Source: a virus (Duplodnaviria; Caudoviricetes). From it: DNA of 64,000 bases. The notes beneath the pieces are model-generated. The model did not search any database. It was not told where the DNA came from and saw nothing but the letters and a program-made list of their open reading frames with translations. The stretch spans positions 64,001 through 128,000 of the IMG/VR virus record IMGVR_UViG_3300037400_002156, one strand, 5' to 3'. Made by a program: the position numbers and the translations under genes. Positions 20,606 through 29,483 of this stretch are shown here, in pieces (the stretch's first letter is position 1; each line of letters begins with the position of its first letter).

Positions 20606-20684
20606 GATTTTGAGTTTCAGCTTCTTTAGTTCATAAACGACTTATTTCAATCTTATGAACCTTCAATAATGAACTTCTTAGAAA

Positions 20685-20965
20685 GAAAAGAGTGGAAAAA
20701 GCGGCTCACTCTTTTGAGTTCATCATTGAAGATACCCTGCCGTCCGGGTTTATTGCTTGTATGTCTCATATCCTTCTGTTGTTGATGGACCATACGAAAT
20801 GTGCTTATTCAGTCGATGAACAGTTCAACATCTCTATTTAATAGAAGCTGCAGTCTTCAATTAAACTGGTAAGAAGGCTTAGGGCAGATATGGCAATCGC
20901 CAGTTGTACAAACGATATATAGCAGTATCTCCAACCAGGACATCGTGGTGCGTTATTGGCTACAC
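20685..20965 (-). ncRNA. Candidate structured ncRNA A (~280 nt)
   Basis: GC-richer, no ORF, five nested long-range helices, TATAAT upstream, hairpin at the 3' end. Confidence 0.6.
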
Positions 20966-21132
20966 AAGTAATTATATACATTTAAGTATTTAGCAATTTA
21001 ATTTAGATATAAAAATATTCCTAATAATGATTGTAATTCACTATTAGGAATATTCAATTCTAATAATTGATTCAGCTATTAGCAAACTGTCATACCGATC
21101 TAGAACAGTATGAAGCAACCTATTCGTTGCCA

Positions 21133-21209
21133 TTAAACGACTGGAATCGAACCAGTTTCTATATTAGAATATATTCTAATATATGCTTTACCTAATAAGC
21201 TACATTCAA
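21133..21209 (-). tRNA. tRNA-like element with no anticodon loop
   Basis: Acceptor TTGAATG/CGTTTAA, D arm GCTT/AAGC, T arm ACTGG-TTCGATT-CCAGT; anticodon arm is a 24-nt palindrome. Confidence 0.65.
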
Positions 21210-21279
21210 CATATACTTTGATATATGATTCTATATTCTAATCAAGAAGTCTATTATAATCTTGATTAGAATACAAGAA

Positions 21280-21309
21280 AAGCTATTCTAATAGAGATTA
21301 GAATAGCTT
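21280..21309 (-). terminator. Intrinsic terminator after tRNA-His-like gene
   Basis: AAGCTATTCTAAT/ATTAGAATAGCTT followed by U-rich tract on minus strand. Confidence 0.7.
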
Positions 21310-21314
21310 ATTAA

Positions 21315-21388
21315 GTTAGGCGATAAGATTAGAGTTTACGACTTCAAAAACCATAATCTTATGTTCTACTAACTGAACTACACCTAAC
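21315..21388 (-). tRNA. Degenerate tRNA-His-like gene, anticodon ATG
   Basis: G-1:C73 pair, acceptor TTAGGTG/CGCCTAA, D arm GTTC/GAAC, loop TT-ATG-GT, decayed T loop CTCTAAT. Confidence 0.6.
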
Positions 21389-21394
21389 AAAGAA

Positions 21395-21670
21395 TTATCT
21401 TCATGAGATAACCTTTTAAATCTGATGCCTCACCTTAATTGGCAATCTGGATTATCACCCACTAGTGAATGACCTCTAGAAAGTCTCCTAGCTGCTAAAG
21501 GACTACCTTTTGAGTAGTAGGTGTTCCAAGTGCAGAATTACCTATATCACTATAGGTTACGATAATCCTAAGCGGCCGTGTACTTAAGTCCCATACGGGA
21601 TTATCGACTTCATCGAGTCTTCTGGTTGAGCATTATCTGAGGTACCAAGTAAGAGGCTTGAAGACTACTA
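21395..21670 (-). ncRNA. Candidate structured ncRNA B (~270 nt); strand inferred from context
   Basis: Dense series of hairpins, e.g. CGATAATCC/GGATTATCG, AGTCTTC/GAAGACT, ACCTATA-GTGA-TATAGGT (GNRA loop on minus strand); no ORF. Confidence 0.55.
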
Positions 21671-21700
21671 TTAATTATTTAGATATAATAAGTTAGTTTA

Positions 21701-21862
21701 TTACATAGGAATCTTTTCTTTCTTAAATCCATGAATTTTATATTCAGAGAACTCATCGTGTACATGATCTTCTTTAATTTGATTTTTTCGACGTTTATAA
21801 TCTTTTGACTTATTACGATTATTGTTCTCAGAAAAATTTTCCTTCCTAAAAGACTTTCCCAT
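21701..21862 (-). CDS. 53-aa basic protein (not in ORF track)
   Basis: MGKSFRKENFSENNNRNKSKDYKRRKNQIKEDHVHDEFSEYKIHGFKKEKIPM; AGAGG RBS. Confidence 0.65.
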   Translation of the reverse strand: MGKSFRKENFSENNNRNKSKDYKRRKNQIKEDHVHDEFSEYKIHGFKKEKIPM

Positions 21863-21883
21863 AACCTCTATTTACTATCCTTA

Positions 21884-22993
21884 TTATCTGTTATAAATAT
21901 TAATGATTGCCTGTGTATTGCTGTCAAATAGAATAATGCTATTCTGATTACTCAGCATTTCATCAGAAATATAGATATTGATATCTCTAGATCGCTTATC
22001 TTGAAATAGTTTTAACGCCTTTAGTAAATTATGTGATGATACTTCAGCCTCACTAGATGTGTCTTGTACGTCACCTACAGGCGTAGATTTTACGATCGAG
22101 CTATGCTTTGCTGCAAGAACATTTTTAATGCTCACATTAAGTTTACCATTTTTAATAGACATTCCTATAATATGCTTAGAAGCAGAATACTCTTCTGAAA
22201 ACATTGTTAACTTAAATAACTCATCTCCATTTATGCTTAGATAATTATTTAAGTTATTATTATATTCTAGATTATTCGAATCAATTCCAGCTGCAATTAC
22301 AGTAAATTTAAAATTTGGACCTACAAATAATAGTTTTTCTGCAATAGAAGATTCTATTTTACATATTCTAAGATCAAAATTATCCTTTAATAATAATCTT
22401 AGCATAGAAGCATCATCCCTATGCAGAGTCATTTCAACAAAATCATCTGACATAATAACACTAGACAATCTAGAAGTTACTACCATTTGAGTCTTGCTAA
22501 ATTGAATATACTTATCACGAGCATATGTATATTCCTGAGTATAACCTAAAACAGATGATATAGCATTTCTTAATTTTACAGAGTTTATAGTACCGAGCTC
22601 AGTCTGAATACCATCAACTTTGTATTTGTTAATGTCTACGTCAACTGATCTAAAAGGAATCCATCCATTACCTATTACATTGAACTCATACTGGTTGTAA
22701 CTTTTACGAATAGTAAATTTATCATTATCAGTACTCTTAATAAGAGCATATAAATCAGTAACTGGTGCTGCTATAACTTCATTTATCTGATCACTAGTAT
22801 CATACAATTCTACATTATACTCTATTATATTAGAGACGTCATCTACAGCTCTGCATACCAACTTACTATCTTCAACAGATAACGTAGCAATTCTAGATCC
22901 TTTTACTTTATCTCTAGTGTTCATTGATTTTACAAATAATATGAAATTAGTAAAATCATTCCCATTAAATTTCAAATAATATACTTTATCCAT
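21884..22993 (-). CDS. Probable sliding clamp (DnaN/beta-like)
   Basis: 369 aa (beta-clamp length), three repeats of a strand-helix pattern (FNGNDF, INSVKL, INGDEL), replication context. Confidence 0.6.
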   Translation of the reverse strand: MDKVYYLKFNGNDFTNFILFVKSMNTRDKVKGSRIATLSVEDSKLVCRAVDDVSNIIEYNVELYDTSDQINEVIAAPVTDLYALIKSTDNDKFTIRKSYNQYEFNVIGNGWIPFRSVDVDINKYKVDGIQTELGTINSVKLRNAISSVLGYTQEYTYARDKYIQFSKTQMVVTSRLSSVIMSDDFVEMTLHRDDASMLRLLLKDNFDLRICKIESSIAEKLLFVGPNFKFTVIAAGIDSNNLEYNNNLNNYLSINGDELFKLTMFSEEYSASKHIIGMSIKNGKLNVSIKNVLAAKHSSIVKSTPVGDVQDTSSEAEVSSHNLLKALKLFQDKRSRDINIYISDEMLSNQNSIILFDSNTQAIINIYNR

Positions 22994-22995
22994 AA

Positions 22996-23892
22996 TTAAG
23001 CTCCAACTGCATCAAGATATTTTGCTATTTTTTCTTTACATTCATACGGAATTTGGAGTTCATTAAAATAGTCTCTTATATTCATATCAGAAGAAGAGTA
23101 CGATGTAGAAATAAATTGTATTAAGTCTCTCATTGAGAATGAAGCTTGATCATTTCCATCTATTTGAGCCACAAACACATTCTCTGCAGGTTCACACGCG
23201 ACTTCAATATAACACGCCTTGTGATTAACACAGTTAAATAAAAGTGCACGTGGTGTTCTTAACTTATTATATGCTTCTGATGTATTTCTTGACAATGAGC
23301 CTGGTCTATATAGTTTAGTGTTATGTACTGTAATAGTATCACATGGATTATGAAGGTGTCCTAGAATCATAGCATCATAGTTTAGCCGTTTTAAATCATC
23401 AGATTTAAGAGAATCATTTGTTGCTAGATTAAATTCATAATACAAATGAGCAACACATACTTCATAGTTGTCAGATAATTTAGGATCAAGTGTCTCAGTA
23501 TAATTATAACACTTAAACGTAGTATTATCAACAACTAATTCTCTAGGTGCTAACTGAACATACCCTGTTGAAATTAGAATGCCAAGCGCCGTTTGTTGAA
23601 GACTGTCCATACGATTATTTTTAAGATCATGGTTGCCAACAATAGTATATACAGTTATACCTTTTTCTTTAACATCTTTAAACGTATTAATCACTTCTGC
23701 TAAATACGGTAATGATGTAATAGGTGAATCAAACACATCACCAAGTAGCATAAATGTATTACACTTATAAGTGCTAGCCACATTTGCAAGATATTTTATC
23801 TTGTTTAATATAGCAATTGGAAAATCATCACGTCTAGAAACTGGTGGCTTACATTTTAAATGTAGATCACCAATAAAAATAATGTTGCACAC
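22996..23892 (-). CDS. SbcD/Mre11-like nuclease
   Basis: GDLH, GDVFD, GNHD, GHLH, PGS metallophosphoesterase motifs. Confidence 0.9.
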   Translation of the reverse strand: MCNIIFIGDLHLKCKPPVSRRDDFPIAILNKIKYLANVASTYKCNTFMLLGDVFDSPITSLPYLAEVINTFKDVKEKGITVYTIVGNHDLKNNRMDSLQQTALGILISTGYVQLAPRELVVDNTTFKCYNYTETLDPKLSDNYEVCVAHLYYEFNLATNDSLKSDDLKRLNYDAMILGHLHNPCDTITVHNTKLYRPGSLSRNTSEAYNKLRTPRALLFNCVNHKACYIEVACEPAENVFVAQIDGNDQASFSMRDLIQFISTSYSSSDMNIRDYFNELQIPYECKEKIAKYLDAVGA

Positions 23893-23894
23893 GA

Positions 23895-24146
23895 TTATAC
23901 CGCCTTAAGCTTAGCATATTGCTCATTAATATTTGCTAACTCTGACTCTAGCTGACTTGTAAGATCAGCAATAATATGCTCAACTGAATCTACTGAAGAT
24001 AGATCATATTGAGGATATTTATCCTGAATAGACTTAATTTCTGAAGCAAGCTGTTCTTTCTTAGCTTCATATTTTAATTTTTCATTTATTAGCTCTGTAT
24101 GCTTTGCTTTAAGTTCTTGAAATTTGCTGACGAGATCATCATTCAT
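23895..24146 (-). CDS. Small coiled-coil protein
   Basis: Heptad pattern; directly upstream of sbcD. Confidence 0.6.
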   Translation of the reverse strand: MNDDLVSKFQELKAKHTELINEKLKYEAKKEQLASEIKSIQDKYPQYDLSSVDSVEHIIADLTSQLESELANINEQYAKLKAV

Positions 24147-24249
24147 AGTTAACTCCATATACATATAAAAATATCCCCAAGCATCTATAGAACACTTGAG
24201 GATTTAGTGTCCATGTATAATATACATGGAAATTATATTTTGTTATAAA

Positions 24250-24531
24250 TTATTTATCATTAAGATTCTTCTTAAAAGCACCTGATGTTTTAAATTTAAG
24301 AACTTTCTTTGCTGGAATATCCATTGCCTCTCCAGTACGTGGATTATGTCCTTTGCGTGGAGCACTCTCTGTAACAACAAATTTACCGAGTGTGCCTAGC
24401 TGAACTTCTTCACCAGCTTTAACAAGATCTGCAACCAAAGTTGTAAACTTATCAAGCATATCTTCAGTAGCTTTAATTGAATTAAGTTCAAGTGCTTCTT
24501 TAACTTTCTTTACAAACTCTGCTTTTAACAT
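24250..24531 (-). CDS. hup: HU-like DNA-binding protein
   Basis: LGKFVV...RKGHNPRTGEAMDIPAKKVLKFK. Confidence 0.95.
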   Translation of the reverse strand: MLKAEFVKKVKEALELNSIKATEDMLDKFTTLVADLVKAGEEVQLGTLGKFVVTESAPRKGHNPRTGEAMDIPAKKVLKFKTSGAFKKNLNDK

Positions 24532-24594
24532 ACTAGTAACTCCTTTTGTTAATAAATAACTAGCTTAACGCCAACAAATAATATAGATATTAAG

Positions 24595-25026
24595 CTAAAA
24601 TAGTGATTCAAATGCAAAACTGATATTAGTAGAGTAGTATATTCTACGAATGCCAGTATTGAGAATTAAATTCATACACGCAGCACATGGACGAGCTAAA
24701 CCATAATCGCGATCTCTTCTAAGTCTAACTATATAAAGTTCAACATCTTTATAATTAATATCTCTTTCTTTTATCATACTAAGACATGCTATCTCAGCAT
24801 GCAAACTATGTATATTCTTTGGATCACTTCTTAAATTGTTATTAAACTCTCTATATTTATCATATTCTGCTTGTTTTGGGTGAGTTTTTAATTTGTTTGA
24901 AGAAGCAGATATTATACGATTTTTTAGAACAGCAATACATCCAACATGATACTGCTCAAAATCAGACTGTGCAGCAACTTCTGCTGCCTTATCAAAAAAT
25001 CTCATCTGCTGTTTAGAAAACTGCAT
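24595..25026 (-). CDS. Zn-dependent cytidine/dCMP deaminase-family protein
   Basis: HVGC, LHAEI, RPCAAC. Confidence 0.85.
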   Translation of the reverse strand: MQFSKQQMRFFDKAAEVAAQSDFEQYHVGCIAVLKNRIISASSNKLKTHPKQAEYDKYREFNNNLRSDPKNIHSLHAEIACLSMIKERDINYKDVELYIVRLRRDRDYGLARPCAACMNLILNTGIRRIYYSTNISFAFESLF

Positions 25027-25104
25027 AAAAACTCCAGTAAGCCACATAGTTTCACGTATAGCATAAAAGCCACATACTATATTTACATAGTATGTGGCTT
25101 TTCT

Positions 25105-25410
25105 TTAACTAATTAAAGAATCATAATCATCTTCAACTGGCTCTTCTACATAGTCATTTACATCATCAGATTGTGTTACAAGTTGATTAGAATCACTTCG
25201 TTTACATATTCCAAATAATTCGTAGTATTTCTTTTTAGCTAATCTCCACTCGTAATATGAGTTCATTATTTCTTTACAAGAATTTGTTTTAAATGATGAT
25301 CTATAACGCTCTTCACATTCTTCAATATGTTGTTTTAGATCATCTGCATTAATATCTTTAATATCGTCTTTTACAAGACATGTATTTTTACTTTTCTTAT
25401 TATGTTTCAT
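25105..25410 (-). CDS. Hypothetical protein
   Basis: 101 aa, ATGA-coupled to upstream gene. Confidence 0.55.
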   Translation of the reverse strand: MKHNKKSKNTCLVKDDIKDINADDLKQHIEECEERYRSSFKTNSCKEIMNSYYEWRLAKKKYYELFGICKRSDSNQLVTQSDDVNDYVEEPVEDDYDSLIS

Positions 25411-26669
25411 TTATGTTCCTGAATAGCAAGATGATTTCCACAGAGAGGGCATACATCGAATTGTGATAACCGTTTATTGACTGACACACATTTCTTTTCA
25501 GTATTGTTAATATCTTTGTTTACGTTATCTAGCAATAATAGTTTATCATTTAAAATTAGCATATCATCAATATACGATATCTTACAGCTATTAATACTAT
25601 TAATAAGAGATACAATAAGTGAACATTTATTATAATTCATGTTATTATATTTTTGTTTTACAACATCATTAACTAGTGATTCTCTTAACTCAGTATTTTT
25701 AGGTATGCATTTTTCTATAATTTCTCTGTTATAAGAGACAGTATCATAATATTTCATTAGATGATTAAGCTTACTAAATAACTGTATTTCTTGAACTTTA
25801 TCTATAGCCTTCTCATAACTATTTATTAGATTATTATAAATTTCTATAGATAGAATAACTCCATCATAGAGTGATTTCGTAACTTCATACGATTTAATAT
25901 CATTTAGTGATAATATTAAATCTAAAACATGTTGAATACTATTTATAGTATTGCTAACATTGTAAATATATTTAGAAGACGCATCTAACGATATCATCAT
26001 ATCACGCAAATTACTTATTTTACTAAGTAACTCACTCTTATGCTTATAAGCCATATAATCACTGTATAAAGTTTCAACAGGCCGTAACAATTCAGCATGA
26101 GTCTCTAATGAAGCTAGACTACTTTCTAACTGTTCTTTTAGCTTTGTATTTGCTGCTAGGTCTGACGCATTACTTTTAATATCAGCTACGTAATAATCAT
26201 TTATTGACGAGATGTCAAACGTACTACGATAAGTTAAAACATTATACAGTGTTGATTGACTACCAAGAATAAGAAATGGTGAAGAAAATTGCAGATTAAA
26301 ATTAAAGTTAATTTCTTCACCATTAATATTTACATTGCCTATCTTTAAAACATTACTAACAGCTGGTAGTGCTGTTCTACCAACTTTAGTATATACCTCG
26401 TTGTTAACAGTATAATAAAATCTCTCTCCTTTTGCCTTTAAGCTTCTACTGTACTCTATAACATTGTTGTCAACAGTGATATTAACATTCATAGTGTTGC
26501 TACCAAATGCGATATCACTGTCTGAAAACTCATTCACTGCCATATTATATAGACAGCGCATTAGTGTTGATTTTCCTGATCCTGATGATCCTATTATAAG
26601 ATTAATCCCAGGATTAAACTCAACGTCACAGCTTTTTATAATACCTACATTACTTAACTGTACTCTCAT
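25407..26669 (-). CDS. SbcC/Rad50-like ATPase, N-terminal half
   Basis: GINLIIGSSGSGKST Walker A, Q-loop, coiled coil, ends at zinc hook CPLCG. Confidence 0.85.
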   Translation of the reverse strand: MRVQLSNVGIIKSCDVEFNPGINLIIGSSGSGKSTLMRCLYNMAVNEFSDSDIAFGSNTMNVNITVDNNVIEYSRSLKAKGERFYYTVNNEVYTKVGRTALPAVSNVLKIGNVNINGEEINFNFNLQFSSPFLILGSQSTLYNVLTYRSTFDISSINDYYVADIKSNASDLAANTKLKEQLESSLASLETHAELLRPVETLYSDYMAYKHKSELLSKISNLRDMMISLDASSKYIYNVSNTINSIQHVLDLILSLNDIKSYEVTKSLYDGVILSIEIYNNLINSYEKAIDKVQEIQLFSKLNHLMKYYDTVSYNREIIEKCIPKNTELRESLVNDVVKQKYNNMNYNKCSLIVSLINSINSCKISYIDDMLILNDKLLLLDNVNKDINNTEKKCVSVNKRLSQFDVCPLCGNHLAIQEHK

Positions 26670-26971
26670 AATTCTCTCAATAGAGCTTTAAGCTCATCAG
26701 CAATTTTATTTTTATTTTCATCAGCAGCTAATAATCTATCGTACAAATTAGATAATAAAGGTTCTTTATTTCCATTGTTATATATATAAATCATCTTTTC
26801 ATATCGCTCAGATAAATCTTCACTCAACGTATTAATTGTTTTGTTAATAAACTCTATATATGAATCAAGAGATTTAGTTTTATTATACACATCAACAAAA
26901 CTCTTATACTCATTATATTTTTCAATTGCTAATTTTAAGCTTTTGCTTTTCTTATCAAGTTTGCTATTCAT
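26666..26971 (-). CDS. Small coiled-coil protein
   Basis: ATGA-coupled to the SbcC N-half. Confidence 0.55.
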   Translation of the reverse strand: MNSKLDKKSKSLKLAIEKYNEYKSFVDVYNKTKSLDSYIEFINKTINTLSEDLSERYEKMIYIYNNGNKEPLLSNLYDRLLAADENKNKIADELKALLREL

Positions 26972-26973
26972 GA

Positions 26974-27315
26974 TTATTTCCTTTTACTAATCTTAAATGG
27001 ATTTTCAAACGTACTAATATATAAAATATACGAATATGCTTTCTGTATTCTAGAAGCAAGTGATTTATATTTCTTTAGTGTATCAATATCAAATCCACTC
27101 GGTGGAATTTCATTATCACTATTAATCACCATAACATAATCATTGAAGAGCATTTCATAAAAAGATGTAACAGTGTAATTTGCTTTTTCCAACTTTACTA
27201 AAAGTTCTTTAAGCTCTTTACAATTACTGATATTATTTAATGAAATAGAGTTTATAAAATCTTCATCATATTCATTTATAAGTTCAGATACATTTAAATT
27301 TTTAACCTTGCTCAT
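26974..27315 (-). CDS. Hypothetical protein
   Basis: GGAG RBS before MSKVKN. Confidence 0.55.
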   Translation of the reverse strand: MSKVKNLNVSELINEYDEDFINSISLNNISNCKELKELLVKLEKANYTVTSFYEMLFNDYVMVINSDNEIPPSGFDIDTLKKYKSLASRIQKAYSYILYISTFENPFKISKRK

Positions 27316-27402
27316 ACTATCTCCAGTGTAAAATAAAACCATATATAGAAAGCATCTATATATGGTTATTAGTACATAAAAATTACACTATATTTAATCA
27401 GT

Positions 27403-28095
27403 TTAGTGCCATACTACTGATATTCTGTTGTCCATATTGATATAAACAGTTCCATATTCTATATTACGTTTCTGACTATCTTCGTCCATTTTAATAATTA
27501 GTCCAACTGGCACATTCTCTTCTTTCTTTCTACGAATATTTATCGCTACAAAGTCTTTTGACTTTAAGAAATCTGAATTTTGTAGTTTGTATGGAAGATC
27601 ATATTTTGATGATTTAAATAATGCATCGTATAACTTACGTCTGTCATATATACACTGCTTTACTGTATATTCATTAAATAGCGTAATATATAGACGATAT
27701 TCGTTTACGGAAATATCCTCATTTATACCGTTAAATGCCGGTAAACAAGTCGCATCTATGACTCCACCAACACACTTACCAACATTACTATCTACCTGTT
27801 TAACACATTTTAATTTTTTGCTTTTCTTACATGGCGTAAAGTTATTTGAAACATTTATAATATGAGCTGGAAACCAGTCAGCAACACTATTAAGATCTTC
27901 ATTTGTATAATAGAATCTATTTTCTTTGCTTATAATGTTTCTAGAGCTTACGCTTGTAATACAAAATGGCTCATTTTCTTTAAAGCATTTACTAGAATTA
28001 TAGCACTCTACACCTTCTCTTAATGGCTCTTTAGAGTATACTTTATATTTACGATCTAATAACTCATTTATTTTATTGAATGATAATACTAGCAT
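27403..28095 (-). CDS. Hypothetical protein
   Basis: 230-aa ORF. Confidence 0.55.
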   Translation of the reverse strand: MLVLSFNKINELLDRKYKVYSKEPLREGVECYNSSKCFKENEPFCITSVSSRNIISKENRFYYTNEDLNSVADWFPAHIINVSNNFTPCKKSKKLKCVKQVDSNVGKCVGGVIDATCLPAFNGINEDISVNEYRLYITLFNEYTVKQCIYDRRKLYDALFKSSKYDLPYKLQNSDFLKSKDFVAINIRRKKEENVPVGLIIKMDEDSQKRNIEYGTVYINMDNRISVVWH

Positions 28096-28280
28096 AATAA
28101 ACTCTCGCTTAAATATATGTTAAAACATCTTCCTAATATTAATATTAGGAAGATGCAAAAGGAGCTTATAGTATGAACTCATTATCACTATGGATAACGG
28201 ACTTAATTCTAAACTTAAATCAGTAAAGAAGCAAATGATATCTCTTATATTATCACAACATTAGTGATATCACCAATCAG

Positions 28281-28562
28281 TCAAATATCTAGATATTTTC
28301 TACTATCTTTGAATATCACAAGATTCTCAAAATCAGGCGTAAACTTAAATTCTTGTTTAACATAAAAAGACCATGCAATTGGAAAGCTTTCTATATCCTC
28401 TAATATAGAATCAAGCTCGTTTACTTTTGCGTCTGCGATTGGCTTCTTATATGCATTTTCTGTAGCTATTTTTATTGCTGACTTAAATCTTGAGTATAAC
28501 TTACAAAGAATCTTATACTTTTCTTCATCAGATAAATTACATAAATTTAAGCTTTGATACAT
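28281..28562 (-). CDS. Hypothetical protein
   Basis: 93-aa ORF. Confidence 0.5.
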   Translation of the reverse strand: MYQSLNLCNLSDEEKYKILCKLYSRFKSAIKIATENAYKKPIADAKVNELDSILEDIESFPIAWSFYVKQEFKFTPDFENLVIFKDSRKYLDI

Positions 28563-29166
28563 TTGTTTGTTTCACTTCATTGAAGATGTTAAGCTTAGAA
28601 ATTGTTGCAGTTGCTTTATTAGAATGACTAAATTCAAATTCACAGTCATGATCAGCAAACCACACAATAATGTTTCCACTATCATCCTTTATTCGATATA
28701 GATAATATTTACTAGATCCGCTGTTGAACTTAGAAGTGCCTGATTTAACTAATTTATATTCTGCTATTGTAAAAGTTACTTTATCTCCCTCTTCACCTAA
28801 GAAATTAGATGATTTATCTGCATCATTCTTCACTTTATACGATCTGTATCTATCGTAAGATGCAAATGAACTAGCAATTAATCCGATTTTCATTTCATCT
28901 ATCGTAGGCTTGCATGCTTCAATACGTAAATTATCAAAATATTCTCCAGTCTGATGATCAATATCATTTATATAATTAAACCAACCAGACACTCTATCTT
29001 TAACATCTTCTAAATCTGAATCTGCTATAGAATTTAGTTCAATAGCATCTATTACTTTATCAGCAGTACATTCTACATTTGGATTATCAGATCTTTTAAT
29101 ATATCCTTCTTTATCAGTTAAATAAGCACTAATTCTTATTACATCTTTAGTAGAAATTTTAGACAT
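28537..29166 (-). CDS. Hypothetical protein, possible C-terminal OB fold
   Basis: FLGEEGDKVTFTI...YRIKDDSGNIIVW beta-rich pattern. Confidence 0.5.
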   Translation of the reverse strand: MSKISTKDVIRISAYLTDKEGYIKRSDNPNVECTADKVIDAIELNSIADSDLEDVKDRVSGWFNYINDIDHQTGEYFDNLRIEACKPTIDEMKIGLIASSFASYDRYRSYKVKNDADKSSNFLGEEGDKVTFTIAEYKLVKSGTSKFNSGSSKYYLYRIKDDSGNIIVWFADHDCEFEFSHSNKATATISKLNIFNEVKQTNVSKLKFM

Positions 29167-29237
29167 AGTATATCTCTAATAAATGTTTTGCTATATAGAC
29201 AGTAAATTATATTTACACAAAATAGTACATAAATGTA

Positions 29238-29263
29238 AAGCGGTATTCATATGAATACCGCTT
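29238..29263 (-). terminator. Palindromic terminator-like hairpin
   Basis: AAGCGGTATTCAT/ATGAATACCGCTT. Confidence 0.65.
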
Positions 29264-29269
29264 ATTTTA

Positions 29270-29483
29270 TTATTGCATATCTTTCAATGACGCTCCACTT
29301 TCTTTTATATATTCTGAAGAAAGACGAACTACATTAGTAAACTCATGAAAAGACATGCTATCACTTTCTGAGAAAGAAATACTAAGGTGTCTCGACAGGA
29401 ATATCTGGTTCTTTAACAGCGCCTGCCAAATTTCCCTTCTTGCTTGTAATGCCGAGAGACTTGCATTTTGTGGAGCGAAAAAA
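29270..29483 (-). CDS. Probable frameshift extension (gp51/GT-like chaperone domain) of 29382..30188
   Basis: LLKNQIFLSRHLSISFSESDSMSFHEF in an overlapping frame entered at TTT TTT C; no good RBS or start. Confidence 0.6.

Noticed and set aside
21070-21131. HDV-like theta ribozyme 3' of the tRNA-like gene
   Set aside because: GGCAAC/GTTGCT with a first G-U pair resembles P1, but it encloses only 6 nt. The P2/P3 nested pseudoknot cannot be built by eye.
21395-21670. Group I intron, RNase P or tmRNA identity for ncRNA B
   Set aside because: Only fragmentary resemblances (AAGGTAGTCC, GAAAGTC). No matching P7 or P4 partners, no tRNA-like ends and no interrupted gene.
28230-28283. TGA readthrough extensions at 28281, 17915 and 47537
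   Set aside because: Post-stop frames are short and AT-rich and do not look protein-like.
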